Shown: one piece after another, positions 9,960-20,201 of the stretch
Layout: each line of letters begins with the position of its first letter
How positions within the stretch are numbered: the first letter of the stretch is position 1
From: a virus
Virus record (IMG/VR): IMGVR_UViG_3300019487_000017
Length of the DNA stretch: 64,000 nt
Direction: 5' to 3' (one strand)
Made by a program: the position numbers and the translations under genes
The notes under the pieces: generated by a model
Seen by the model: only the letters and a program-made list of their open reading frames with translations
What the model was told of the DNA's origin: nothing
Database searches by the model: none

Positions 9960-10499
9960 ATGAAAAAGCATAAAATTGAGAAGGCTTTGCCCTTTGATAG
10001 TAATCAATTATGGGGCGATAGGGATTACTCTGTACAGAATATGCTAATGAGGCAGGTTAATTTTCCTGCCTTCTTTTATAAAGAGAAAGGCGATATTTTT
10101 CATCGTATTTGGTCTGATCAATGTCGTACAGTATGGTCCACAGCATCTGATTACATGATTGAAAGATACCCAAATGTTAATTTTTTGGGTTGGATGCGTA
10201 ACTCAACTTCTGATGATTTTCTCGCTTTTGGACAGTTTTTTGCTAATGAATATCTTCCTTCCGGGGAAAATAAACTAACAGGTATTTGCCTTGTTCGCTA
10301 TACAAATACGATGACACTTTATGCTACTTATGCCATTGATTTATTTGTAAAGAACAATAAATCTCCTGCCATGCCTTTGTATAGCGATGATTTTGCACCT
10401 AATGTTGAACATGATGATCTCCCGTTTGCGGACGATGAAGAAGGTCTGATGATTGAACATATGGGTGAATTACAATTTGTTAGGCGTAGGAAATACTAA
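9960..10499 (+). CDS. hypothetical protein
   Basis: Probable start MKKHKIE within track ORF 9900..10499. Confidence 0.5.
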   Translation: MKKHKIEKALPFDSNQLWGDRDYSVQNMLMRQVNFPAFFYKEKGDIFHRIWSDQCRTVWSTASDYMIERYPNVNFLGWMRNSTSDDFLAFGQFFANEYLPSGENKLTGICLVRYTNTMTLYATYAIDLFVKNNKSPAMPLYSDDFAPNVEHDDLPFADDEEGLMIEHMGELQFVRRRKY

Positions 10500-10513
10500 A
10501 CACAGGACAATAT

Positions 10514-10900
10514 ATGAAACTGATAACGAAAGAAATTGAAAAGAATATGCCGGGTCCACGAGCAATGGAAAATGTTGAAGACCCGGTTTGTGTCGTTAAG
10601 TTTTTTCATCCTGCAACCAGTTGGACTTGGTTTGCTTATGAAGCCTGGCGCGTAATTGTTGACGCAGTTACTGGGGATTTTATTGATGAACGGAAGTTAT
10701 CAGAGCCTTTGAAGCCTAACGAAAAAGAAGAAGATATTATCTTCTTTGGTATGGTTCATGGTTTTGAAAAAGAACTTGGTACTTTTAGTCTCAATGAACT
10801 CCAGAGCCTTCATCATGGGCAAAGTGGTTTCAGAGCGTTACCTGTTGAACGAGACTTACATTGGAAACCCAAACGAGTAAGCGAGGTAGATAATGATTGA
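10514..10900 (+). CDS. DUF2958-like protein
   Basis: VKFFHP..WTW..FFGMVHGFEKELGTFSLNEL..VERDLHW signature. Confidence 0.8.
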   Translation: MKLITKEIEKNMPGPRAMENVEDPVCVVKFFHPATSWTWFAYEAWRVIVDAVTGDFIDERKLSEPLKPNEKEEDIIFFGMVHGFEKELGTFSLNELQSLHHGQSGFRALPVERDLHWKPKRVSEVDND

Positions 10901-11023
10901 TGCAAAAGAAATTGTTGATTTTATTCTTGCATCTGATTTGGACAGTTCCGAACAAGAGGGATCGATTGATGCAAAAGTAATATGAAGATAGCACTGATGA
11001 AGACGAAGATGAATAGTATTTGT

Positions 11024-11244
11024 TAAACTTTGATTCAGGCTGGCAGAACGTTGATCGCGTTCTGTAATTATCAGGGTTCTGAATTGTCATACGCTGTATC
11101 ATAGGGTCACACTTTCAGAGCCTAGCCGAGGGTAGCTCCCAGACGCTAATCATTCAGTTCTTGAACTTATGTATCCGTCACTGTCATCCGAGCTAGACGG
11201 AAAGTAAGAAACTCCTGATAATAAACAGCCTGAATCAAAGTTTA
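11024..11244. ncRNA. candidate structured ncRNA closed by a 19-bp perfect stem
   Basis: taaactttgattcaggctg / cagcctgaatcaaagttta, with nested helices (attatcagg/cctgataat, gcagaacg/cgttctgt, ccgtc/gacgg) in an intergenic gap. Confidence 0.55.
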
Positions 11245-11259
11245 TAAGGAGAAATAATT

Positions 11260-11601
11260 ATGCGTATTCAAGTTTCTGATCTAAAACCAGAAGAGTGGCT
11301 TTGTTGGCGCGTACCTGTAAAAGCAGAAGGTGAAGATACACGCTTACTTCTACCTCACGCTAATCCTCATCTTCATGAATTCCCATTAGATGGATTATTT
11401 AAGACTCCAGAACAAGCCATAGAGTATCTTCATAATTTCGGAGCTTGCGTTGATGAAGAGTTCGTTCTTTGTAAGATATCTATTACTCCTTTAGAAGCAG
11501 TAAAGTGTGATGATCCCACTGCTGATTCTGCTGAGGATATGAACATTATTCGCAATCAATCAGATATTGAACTCCTGGAATGCGATTGGGAAGACGTATA
11601 G
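11260..11601 (+). CDS. hypothetical protein
   Basis: AAGGAG RBS. Confidence 0.55.
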   Translation: MRIQVSDLKPEEWLCWRVPVKAEGEDTRLLLPHANPHLHEFPLDGLFKTPEQAIEYLHNFGACVDEEFVLCKISITPLEAVKCDDPTADSAEDMNIIRNQSDIELLECDWEDV

Positions 11602-11616
11602 TTAGGAGAATATAAT

Positions 11617-12018
11617 ATGCGAGTATACGAAGAATACGAAAGTGCCAAAGAAAAGCGTAAAGCACAGCGAGAATCTGCCCCACTTGGTCGGCGTCGGATT
11701 ACCGGCAAAGCAAAAGGTTATGTACTCATCTTTAATGAAGATGGTAATTCTATTACAAGTGGTTTTGCATACGGCGGGTATGGTAGTATCATTTCATTAG
11801 ACGCTGGCGATAAACCTCATGGGGGCGTTGGTAGCGTTAATGCTACTCCCGAATATTTGCGAGAAAATTGTAGGCTTGTTGGATTTGAATATATTCCTAA
11901 AGAATGGCAAAAAGTCTTTGCCTATAAACTTCAACATTGGCTTACAATGGATGAAGACTCTGCAAAAAGTCCGTCAAGCGATAAGTATCGACGATTGATG
12001 AAAATTGCTAGAATATAA
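11617..12018 (+). CDS. hypothetical protein
   Basis: AGGAG RBS. Confidence 0.55.
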   Translation: MRVYEEYESAKEKRKAQRESAPLGRRRITGKAKGYVLIFNEDGNSITSGFAYGGYGSIISLDAGDKPHGGVGSVNATPEYLRENCRLVGFEYIPKEWQKVFAYKLQHWLTMDEDSAKSPSSDKYRRLMKIARI

Positions 12019-12077
12019 GTAAAGTCTAAATCTCCAGAGATAAAAATAATTCTTCCTATAAAAGAAAGGATAACCAT

Positions 12078-12449
12078 ATGCCACGCAATTATAGCCTTCT
12101 TGGTCCTACTGGAAGCCTTACCAACAATATCTATGCAAATTCAAAGCAAATTATTCCTGTAATTGGTATGGGCGCAACCGAATTGATGCACACTGACCGT
12201 CACGCTTTTACAATTGTTGAAGTTATTAGCCCAAAAGAAATTGTTGTACAGCGAGATAATGCTATTCGCACCGACAACAATGGTATGAGCGATTCTCAGG
12301 GTTATCGTTATGAACCAAATCCTGAAGGGGAAAAGATTACTGTTACTCTTCGTAAAAATGGGCGATGGGTGACGAAGGGAGGCGGATTGTGGAACGGAAC
12401 CTCCTGGGCGATTGATAGGCGAGATGAACATTACGATTATTCTTTCTAA
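12078..12449 (+). CDS. conserved phage hypothetical protein
   Basis: VIGMGAT..TDRHAFTI..YDYSF pattern. Confidence 0.6.
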   Translation: MPRNYSLLGPTGSLTNNIYANSKQIIPVIGMGATELMHTDRHAFTIVEVISPKEIVVQRDNAIRTDNNGMSDSQGYRYEPNPEGEKITVTLRKNGRWVTKGGGLWNGTSWAIDRRDEHYDYSF

Positions 12450-12457
12450 GGCATAAA

Positions 12458-12712
12458 ATGCACGAAGATTACGAACCTCAACCTTCCCCTTGGCTGGCAG
12501 ATGAAGATGGTTTTACTTTTACCGCTGAAATGAGCGAATTGGAAGCAAAGGGATATTTGAGGGGTCGTACTGTAGATTTACCCCAAAAAGGTACTAAGTT
12601 GATTGATACTCAGCCTATTTGGGTGTTTGAAAAGAAATTCTCTCCAGATGGAGACCTGGAATCACTTGAGGCTAACATTGGAGGCGTAAAATACATCATT
12701 TTCAATGATTAG
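12458..12712 (+). CDS. hypothetical protein
   Basis: ORF in block, ends IFND. Confidence 0.55.
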   Translation: MHEDYEPQPSPWLADEDGFTFTAEMSELEAKGYLRGRTVDLPQKGTKLIDTQPIWVFEKKFSPDGDLESLEANIGGVKYIIFND

Positions 12713-12721
12713 GAGCATAAT

Positions 12722-13135
12722 ATGGATATCGATTCGCTTGATAGCTTTACTCGCCAATATATCGAAACTGCTTTATGGGCAGAAAACGATAATTCAGATC
12801 CTTCTGGCGGTGAACCTTTAGATAAGAATTACAGCATTGAAGACATTGATGAAGATGATATTAAGAAGATGATTGCTGATGCTCAAAAGTTCCAACATGA
12901 TAATGCCAAACTTCTTAATAAAGCATATGAACTGTATCATGTTACGGATGGAAGTAATCCTCAGAGTTATGCCGGACATGATTTTTGGCTTACACGCACT
13001 GGACATGGTACAGGATTTTGGGACCGCGATGAATTAGAGGCAAATAATATCGGAGAAAAATTGACTAAAGCCTCTGAGAAATTCAAAGCACAAAATTTAT
13101 ATGTAGGGGATGATAATAAAATTTATATTCTCTAA
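12722..13135 (+). CDS. conserved acidic phage protein (GHDFWLTR family)
   Basis: YIETALW..AGHDFWLTRTGHGTGFWDR motif. Confidence 0.65.
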   Translation: MDIDSLDSFTRQYIETALWAENDNSDPSGGEPLDKNYSIEDIDEDDIKKMIADAQKFQHDNAKLLNKAYELYHVTDGSNPQSYAGHDFWLTRTGHGTGFWDRDELEANNIGEKLTKASEKFKAQNLYVGDDNKIYIL

Positions 13136-13180
13136 ACCTCCTGAATATAAATATATTTTTGCCATATAAAAAGGAGACAT

Positions 13181-13561
13181 ATGGCATCACGTTACACTCA
13201 AATCTCTATTGAAGAAATGCGGGAAGCTTTCAGCAAAAAGAATGCTGGCGGCAAAGGATGGGTTGAAAACATTGCAGGGTATTCTGAGATTGTTTTTGAT
13301 TTCCAAATCTCTCCTGTATGTACATTACGAGTTTGGAGTTCATTGTCAACTAATACTGATACTTCACGAGATTGTGGTAAAGATGCAATTCGTGTTACAG
13401 CATTTGACCCACGACCTGGGGGTAAAGGAATTGTAAAAGCCTCCAGAGTTTATCGGGTTGCTGGTTGGAAAGAAAACCTTCGTAAACGTATTAACTCAGT
13501 ATTTTATACTGCAAAAGAACGTCTCGCTTGGGTTGAAAAGAGGAACAATGACAACCATTAA
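13181..13561 (+). CDS. conserved phage hypothetical protein
   Basis: SRDCGKDAIRV..RVYRVAGW motif; AGGAG RBS. Confidence 0.6.
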   Translation: MASRYTQISIEEMREAFSKKNAGGKGWVENIAGYSEIVFDFQISPVCTLRVWSSLSTNTDTSRDCGKDAIRVTAFDPRPGGKGIVKASRVYRVAGWKENLRKRINSVFYTAKERLAWVEKRNNDNH

Positions 13562-14046
13562 ATATCCTGTTCTTACTTTAATGGAAACACCTATTTAAGA
13601 GAATGATATGGACTATCAAAAACTTTTAGAAGATATCAGAAATGAGATTGCGGCAGGTGCTTCAAACACTGAAATCTTAGATGAGATTTATGCTTTTTGC
13701 AATGTCAAGGCAGATTTAATTCAAATCATTCGGATGCTTTTAGAACAACAAAAAGAAATCCCATTCTCTCCTGATTAGAATGTCAAAATCTTTTACACGT
13801 CATCCTCGATTTGATGAGATCTTTTGGGTAATAGGATACGTTGATTCTCATAGTAAAGTACATGCGAAGATTATTTTCAAAGAGGATGATAAAAGTCAAG
13901 ATCATGGGTCCATTTTCCCCAATGCACTAAAATACAAAACTTGGCGTTGGACAAAATCAAATGGCATAGATGATTATAATGCAATACATAATTGGCTTTA
14001 TAATCATGGTTGTTTGAGTTCATGGGAAATTAAAGAGGAATAAAAT

Positions 14047-14271
14047 ATGCTTGCAATTGCAATCCATTCTCACGAATTTGGTAACGATGGATATATCTTC
14101 ATTGTTGATGATTCAAAGCCTCTCCCGACAGAAGAAGAGGTGGCACAACAACTGGGAATTGATTTTGATTCTGACAGAGAAGAATTGATGATTTCCAGCG
14201 TTTCAGGTACAGTAGAGGGAGGCGTACCAACTGCCAATTCTTTTTCTAACCTTTTGACTGTAAAGAGTTAA
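14047..14271 (+). CDS. hypothetical protein
   Basis: GAGGA RBS. Confidence 0.5.
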   Translation: MLAIAIHSHEFGNDGYIFIVDDSKPLPTEEEVAQQLGIDFDSDREELMISSVSGTVEGGVPTANSFSNLLTVKS

Positions 14272-14275
14272 TGTT

Positions 14276-14845
14276 ATGAACAAGATTACACGTTTTCAAG
14301 ATATTAAGTTATTTACAGCAAATGGGTCATGGGAATGTGATTATCGTCCACATGAAATGCTGAATTTTCTTGATGAACTGAAAAAGACAGATAAGCTCCA
14401 GATGGATCCTGATTTCCAACGGGCTCATGTTTGGACAGTTGAACAACAGCAAAAATATCTTGAATTCTTTTTTCGCGGCGGAAAAAGCGCAAGAGTCATC
14501 TATATTAACCATCCCGGTTGGCAAGATAATTATAAAGGGGAATGTGTTCTCCTGGATGGTAAACAACGAGTAGAAGCATTCAGACGCTTCTACAATAATG
14601 AAATTACTATCTTTGGCTCTTATCTAAAAGATTTTACAGATAAGCCAGATAATGTAATGCACACACTGAGAATTAACGTCAATAACCTTAAAACTCGCGC
14701 TGAGGTTTTGCAATGGTATATTGACTTTAACTCCGGCGGTACTGTTCATACAACAGAGGAAATCGATAAGGTTCGTAATCTTCTGGAAAAAGAAGAAGAT
14801 CACGAAGATTTGCGTCGGAATAATGCTCTTGATTTGAATGGATAA
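14276..14845 (+). CDS. DUF262 (ParB/Srx-like, GmrSD N-terminal) domain protein
   Basis: PDFQRAHVWT, LLDGKQR, FNSGGT motifs. Confidence 0.8.
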   Translation: MNKITRFQDIKLFTANGSWECDYRPHEMLNFLDELKKTDKLQMDPDFQRAHVWTVEQQQKYLEFFFRGGKSARVIYINHPGWQDNYKGECVLLDGKQRVEAFRRFYNNEITIFGSYLKDFTDKPDNVMHTLRINVNNLKTRAEVLQWYIDFNSGGTVHTTEEIDKVRNLLEKEEDHEDLRRNNALDLNG

Positions 14846-15032
14846 TTATGAAACAGTCACTCATGCGACAACTTGCAATTCTTCTCCTGGATGATGAACA
14901 GGGAATTCAATACGAAGCCTGGTCATTTCTTGCAGATATGCTTGATGCAGGCGATGAAGACAATTTAGATATAATCAATGCTGTCAAAGTAACTGAAGGA
15001 CGAGCATATCTACCAGAAGGATGGAATAAATA

Positions 15033-15407
15033 ATGCAACCTATTCCTTTTAATTTTCTCGGTTCAAAAGGGAAAATTATCGGTATCTGGTCAAGCAATTA
15101 TCGTAATAACAATGCCTTCTGTCTCCTGGTCAAATTGGCATATGAAGACCTTGAAGACGGATACGAAAACGAATCCGTCCAAATAAGTATCAATCTTTCA
15201 CATGATATTAACGGATTTGTTACAGACAAACTCCCGTCAAATACGTTTTTCGCAAAAGAATATGATGGCTTGGATACATTTGTAAAGGCATTGGTTGACA
15301 ATGGTTATATCAAACCATGCCCTGAAATCCCAGTTGCTACCTCCGGTTATTGCACATATAATGCTTATTGCATGACGGATAAGGGTTTGCTAACATTAGC
15401 AGAATAA
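15033..15407 (+). CDS. hypothetical protein (DUF4313-like)
   Basis: ISINL..FAKEY..LVDNGYIKP..SGYCTY pattern. Confidence 0.4.
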   Translation: MQPIPFNFLGSKGKIIGIWSSNYRNNNAFCLLVKLAYEDLEDGYENESVQISINLSHDINGFVTDKLPSNTFFAKEYDGLDTFVKALVDNGYIKPCPEIPVATSGYCTYNAYCMTDKGLLTLAE

Positions 15408-15447
15408 AAAGTCTCTCCAGAGCCAAAACTTTTCATAAGGAAAGAAT

Positions 15448-16185
15448 ATGAGCAACTTCAATACACTTTTGTCGGAAACTTCTATCGCAAGGTTTTTCAG
15501 CAACCCCATCGATTTCGGTCTTTGGCTTGCTGGACTTCGCGGACACCAGTTTATGTCATTCTATGCTATCTATGATATGGATGGCGATGGAAAGATGAAT
15601 AAGAATAAGAGGGGAACACGCGGCAAGAATACCATTCCAAACCCCTATCTTGGTAAGGGTTTGTGTAAGGTTTCTCATACGGAAGTTACTTGCTGTTTTG
15701 ATTATGAAAGCAAGGTTGAACGTCGCGGCGGCGATGAACCCATTGAAAAGGGTAATTGGATGCAAGCGGTTATTGTCAATGGCAAGATTACGCCGCTTTC
15801 AACGCATAAGGGCGATATTGTTGTCGATAATACCGAACTCCCGATTGCCGAGCAAAAGGCAATTCTCGACAGTAATGGAACGGTGCAATTTAATACGGAC
15901 AATCCGAGATTATATTTGCGGTATGAAATTGTCCGAGATAGCGGTAATGGCGAACGTTCCGAACGTCGGATGCGTTGCGAATCTAAGTTTGTTTTTGCTG
16001 ACGGTACGGAAATCGATAAGAAGGAATTGGAAGATTATCTCCCGCCAGTACAGCCTCGCAAGGATGAAACTGATGTTCAATGTACTTCGCTTGCGAATAT
16101 CGTTGAACTGAAAGCCGCCGGGGAAATTTGGCGCAAGCGAACTGTCCCTGTTCCTGTTCTCCCGAAACAGACCGTTAAGGTCTGA
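15448..16185 (+). CDS. hypothetical protein
   Basis: 245 aa ORF with AAGGA RBS. Confidence 0.6.
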   Translation: MSNFNTLLSETSIARFFSNPIDFGLWLAGLRGHQFMSFYAIYDMDGDGKMNKNKRGTRGKNTIPNPYLGKGLCKVSHTEVTCCFDYESKVERRGGDEPIEKGNWMQAVIVNGKITPLSTHKGDIVVDNTELPIAEQKAILDSNGTVQFNTDNPRLYLRYEIVRDSGNGERSERRMRCESKFVFADGTEIDKKELEDYLPPVQPRKDETDVQCTSLANIVELKAAGEIWRKRTVPVPVLPKQTVKV

Positions 16186-16196
16186 GGATTATAACA

Positions 16197-16496
16197 ATGA
16201 GCGATACCAATATTGGATATAGTACGCAAACTAAGGATATGGGGTGTTGTTTTGTTAATACCCTTAATCCGCCTCTTAGTATCAAGGGTCTTGGATTTTT
16301 CAAATACGGTAAGCATGAGGATGAATATCGTTTTTCAGAACTTTGCGAATTGACATACCCGCACCCTGATGCCCCAATGGAAGTTAATATAACTCTCCTG
16401 TCATGGGAACCTGTTAATTTTCCCAGAGGTTTTGAAAAAACGGCTGTTGCTGCTATTGATGCTATGCAAGGTTTAGCAGTAATTAAGCAGTTTTAA
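16197..16496 (+). CDS. hypothetical protein
   Basis: GAGGA RBS. Confidence 0.5.
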   Translation: MSDTNIGYSTQTKDMGCCFVNTLNPPLSIKGLGFFKYGKHEDEYRFSELCELTYPHPDAPMEVNITLLSWEPVNFPRGFEKTAVAAIDAMQGLAVIKQF

Positions 16497-16661
16497 TAGG
16501 TTTTTCTGTAATACAAGGATGTATTATGAGATATTTTGCTATGTTGTTAATTTGTTTATCTCTTATTTCATCCTACAAATTGCGTAAACTGCACCTCTCC
16601 AGACCTGACTTGATTCCATATCCTATGATGTCGGAAGTTTACGCATAAAGGAGCGATACCA

Positions 16662-16988
16662 ATGGAAGCAACTCGTAAAAAAGTCACCAGAACTGTTGAT
16701 GAAAGTTCTGTCAGTGGTTATCTTGATGGTTGTACACTTGACCAAGCCATTGAAGTTTTGCAGAAGATTAAGAATGATGCCGCCAAAAGATATCCAAACT
16801 TTACCAATTTAAGATTGGATTATCGTTCAGATCTTTATGACGGAGACACCTACCGCCTTTATTTAATTGGCGATAGGGATGAGACTGATCACGAAATGAA
16901 TAAACGTCTCCAGGATGAATCTCAGGCACAAGCATATCGTCGCCAGCAATATGAAAATTTGAAGAAAGAGTTTGAAAGGAGCGAATAG
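16662..16988 (+). CDS. hypothetical protein
   Basis: AAGGAG RBS; RDETD..YENLKKEF motif. Confidence 0.6.
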   Translation: MEATRKKVTRTVDESSVSGYLDGCTLDQAIEVLQKIKNDAAKRYPNFTNLRLDYRSDLYDGDTYRLYLIGDRDETDHEMNKRLQDESQAQAYRRQQYENLKKEFERSE

Positions 16989-17190
16989 TGTTTCCCCCAA
17001 GCGAAATTTATCCTTCGGAAACTGCAAACGTTTTAGCGCGTATCAACGAAGTTCTCCAGCAATTCGGAGATAGGGTTGGTATTGAGGAAGCAAGTTTTTC
17101 TTTCAGCGATGAAGATGGCGAATTAGTCTTTAATTTCAACGGAAAAACTTGGGTTATCAAAGATAATGCCTTAACAGAATTGGTATTATA

Positions 17191-17478
17191 ATGGAATCAA
17201 AACGTTTTAACAGAACTGGTGCTGTAATGGAAGCACAAAATGCAATTTTGCCAGACGGTCATATTCTTGAAGTTCTCTTTAGCGATGAAACGGCTGGAAA
17301 TTACTATTCTGTACAAGAGGCAGAGGATGCAATTGAAATGGCTGTTACAGGGAATGCTATGGGACCACATGGTAGCCCAGCAACTCCTGTGAGTATGGTA
17401 GAAGTAGATTCTAATCGTAATCCTGTACGAAAGTTACACCTTAGAGCCAAAGTTCAAATTGTAGATTATAATAGGTAG
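17191..17478 (+). CDS. hypothetical protein
   Basis: Coupled to upstream ORF 16988..17191. Confidence 0.5.
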   Translation: MESKRFNRTGAVMEAQNAILPDGHILEVLFSDETAGNYYSVQEAEDAIEMAVTGNAMGPHGSPATPVSMVEVDSNRNPVRKLHLRAKVQIVDYNR

Positions 17479-17482
17479 GAAC

Positions 17483-17565
17483 GTCCCAGTGGCGGAACGG
17501 CAGACGCTTCGGACTTAAAATCCGATGATCGAAAGATCGTGAGGGTTCGATTCCCTCCTGGGGCA
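17483..17565 (+). tRNA. trnL: tRNA-Leu(TAA)
   Basis: gtcccag/ctggggc acceptor, tcgga-cttaaaa-tccga anticodon arm, long variable arm, gaggg-ttcgatt-ccctc T arm; CCA not encoded. Confidence 0.92.
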
Positions 17566-17802
17566 TCAAAAAAGAAAGGTTTAAGATATGAAAGCCGAAA
17601 AACCTGCCCTTTTGAAACCTTCTGATATTGCCTTGTTATCAATACCTTTTGAAAAAAGAAATGGGCAATTCTTTTTGGAAAAAACTGAATATAAGGAAAT
17701 TCCAAAATCTATTAAGATTGGAATTGCAACTTTTAATCTTGAGGAAATTCAACAAGACGATGAAGAAAGTTGTTGGGGGCATTACGTTCAAGGATTTTGA
17801 CA

Positions 17803-18171
17803 ATGGGATATAATACAACTATTCTCCTGCTTAACGATGGTCTTGGACAAATTGAGCAAGATAAGGAAATAGGACAGAATATTTCCGATGCAGTTGCAGC
17901 CCATTTTAGCAATCGTTTCTCAACTTCAACTCTTGCAGCAAGAGGACATATAATTGTATTCTCCGGTAATCATGGTAATCCGATAGCAATTGTTGAACAA
18001 CAACATTCTTCTGATACTTCTATTATTGCAGTTGGACAAAATACAGCACAAACAATTGCTGTATTGTATAACGAACCTTCTGTAAAATACAATGAAACAA
18101 AAGAAGAAGGTCAGGAACGACTCCTGATGGCGCTAGCTAAGCACTTAGGGTACACAGTAACAAAGGATTAA
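17803..18171 (+). CDS. hypothetical protein
   Basis: Probable start MGYNTTI within track ORF 17770..18171. Confidence 0.55.
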   Translation: MGYNTTILLLNDGLGQIEQDKEIGQNISDAVAAHFSNRFSTSTLAARGHIIVFSGNHGNPIAIVEQQHSSDTSIIAVGQNTAQTIAVLYNEPSVKYNETKEEGQERLLMALAKHLGYTVTKD

Positions 18172-18911
18172 ATAATGTTCTTTCTTTTTGCAATTGTTGT
18201 TCTTTTTCTTCCTTATGGGAAGCGAAAGAATAATAGATGGCTAAATGAAAGAGTTTATATCCTTTTTAGTCAATCTCCATATAAAAACTTTTTATTAGAG
18301 AGACTGGAAAGAGGTTATAGACCTTTCGGTTAGTTATCTAAAAAGATACTCAATTAAAAGAAAAATTGTTACGGTTGATTGTTTTCATAACTGGCGCTGG
18401 TATGGAATGGCACCTCCTGCCAGCGCCAGTTTAATAGAAAGAGATATCATGCTTTCAGACTCAGAATATAATGATATCGTTTCTCGTATTTGTAGCGACG
18501 AAAACCAACGGAAAGTTTATGAGAATAATCGTTTTCGACGTTTCATTAGCGATATGATTGATGCTGAGTTGGAAGATAATATCCGTCATTACAACGGACG
18601 TTTCTTTTATTCTGGTCCAGCAGTCTCCTGCGAAAGCGTTCAAGATGTTTTATCTAACACAAAGGTAAAATGTCAATGGGATAACTTGGGTCTAGGTTAT
18701 ATCGTATATCCAAGGACTTAAAATGCTGACTTTTCATGATACGATGGACGAAAATTCCAGGGATGTCAAGCGAGATAATAAAATCATCGGTTATATTCTT
18801 GTTGGCGACAAGTCTGGATTTTACAATCTGACCGATGAACGATTCCTCCCTCTTAATGAACTCCAGGAAATTGTTGAGCATATAAAAGAATGCAGAAACA
18901 AATAAGGAGTA

Positions 18912-19136
18912 ATGATGAGCAAAAAGAGCGAGCCTCAAACCATTGAAACCTTGATTGAACGGTGTCATGACAATTGGGTAAACGGCAATAGGAAGGATGT
19001 AATGAACATCCTTGGCAGTCTTGACCCATATACATCGGCTTTGGTTTCTATCTATGTTTGGCGTAGATTGCCAGAAGATGAGAGACCATTTTTTACAAAC
19101 CGATTAGAAGATAAAACGAATATGGCATTCGCATAA
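18912..19136 (+). CDS. hypothetical protein
   Basis: AAGGAG RBS. Confidence 0.55.
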   Translation: MMSKKSEPQTIETLIERCHDNWVNGNRKDVMNILGSLDPYTSALVSIYVWRRLPEDERPFFTNRLEDKTNMAFA

Positions 19137-19146
19137 GGAGTAAAAC

Positions 19147-19410
19147 ATGACTGGAAGATGGATTATTTATCCTGAAACCAAATTCGTTCCAGAAACGAAA
19201 CTCCGGGTTATGCTGACCGATGCCATAGATAATGGTGAGGTGAGCAACGATATCTCAGTAAATGAAGTTTATGCTATGCCATTGTATGAAGTGTGCAATA
19301 TTTTATCCGATATTGGCAGCGTTACATTTGTCGATGTTACAGAAGATGAATCTCTCCTGAAACAAACGGCTTTGACAGAAAAGTTGTTAGAGCAAATGGA
19401 ACGAGAATAA
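19147..19410 (+). CDS. hypothetical protein
   Basis: AAGGAG RBS. Confidence 0.55.
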   Translation: MTGRWIIYPETKFVPETKLRVMLTDAIDNGEVSNDISVNEVYAMPLYEVCNILSDIGSVTFVDVTEDESLLKQTALTEKLLEQMERE

Positions 19411-19416
19411 AATTAT

Positions 19417-19576
19417 GCCCCTGTAGCTCAGCGGACTAGAGCGTTCACAAGCTTCAGATATGCTTTTTTGTAGTTGGAAGCGCTTCTTGCTACAAAATAG
19501 ATAGTTTCTAGGGCTATCTAAAATAGTGTTAATGAATCTAAGTGAAAGGTCGTTGGTTCGAATCCTTCCAGGGGCT
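19417..19576 (+). tRNA. tRNA-Arg(TCT)-like gene with ~86-nt structured insertion in the anticodon loop
   Basis: gcccctg/caggggc acceptor, tagctcagcggactagagc D arm, ttcac/gtgaa anticodon stem enclosing 93 nt ending tctaa, ttcgaat T loop with two stem mismatches. Confidence 0.7.
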
Positions 19577-19587
19577 TTTTGATATAC

Positions 19588-19762
19588 GGGTGGTTGGTGA
19601 GCCGAAAGGTTCGCTGCAAGGCTTCTGAAAAGTTCTCAAAACGACTGTAGAACTATTAAGTCTCCAGGATTAGAATCGACTACGAAAGTAGAGACGCCTA
19701 ATATTTGAAAGACAATAGGATGTAACAGAGACGCTTGATTACAAAGTAAGAGCCAACCGCCC
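19588..19762 (+). ncRNA. candidate structured ncRNA
   Basis: gggtggttgg/ccaaccgccc terminal stem; GAAA-capped hairpins gagcc-gaaa-ggttc and ctac-gaaa-gtag. Confidence 0.55.
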
Positions 19763-19790
19763 AAACGTACAACAAAGAAAGGTTTCTACA

Positions 19791-19994
19791 ATGGCAGCAA
19801 ATGTTATTAAGGGTTTGAAAGATGCTCTGCGAGTAGCAAAGAATAGTTCTGAAATTGCTGATTTGCTTGCAAGAGGCGAGACATATAAGGATGCCTCTAC
19901 CGAAACCCGTCGAGATTGGCAACGTATTGCTGAAAAGCGTACTGTTGAATTGGATACACCAAAGACAAAGAAATCTCCAGACAAAAAGAAGTAA
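19791..19994 (+). CDS. small basic protein
   Basis: GAAAGG RBS, Lys-rich tail. Confidence 0.6.
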   Translation: MAANVIKGLKDALRVAKNSSEIADLLARGETYKDASTETRRDWQRIAEKRTVELDTPKTKKSPDKKK

Positions 19995-20030
19995 ACATAA
20001 GTAACGTCTATTAGATAAGAAGGAGAAACA

Positions 20031-20201
20031 ATGGCTTCAAAGATGATGGATCATGACTGCGTAAATGTACAGCAAGATGCCATTCATGGTCGTATGCGAA
20101 GGGTTATGAATAAGACCATGAAAGATAATGAATGGCGCTGTACCGCTTGCGGAAAGACAGTGACAAAGGGCGGTCCCCCGCCTAAGAAGTCAGCAAAGTA
20201 A
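20031..20201 (+). CDS. small zinc-ribbon protein (56 aa, absent from ORF track)
   Basis: AAGGAG RBS; MASKMMDHDC..WRCTACGK. Confidence 0.65.
   Translation: MASKMMDHDCVNVQQDAIHGRMRRVMNKTMKDNEWRCTACGKTVTKGGPPPKKSAK

Noticed and set aside
19449-19541. Group I intron or amber (CTA) suppressor anticodon
   Set aside because: Insert is far too short for a group I core, and the loop register places TCT, not CTA, at positions 34-36
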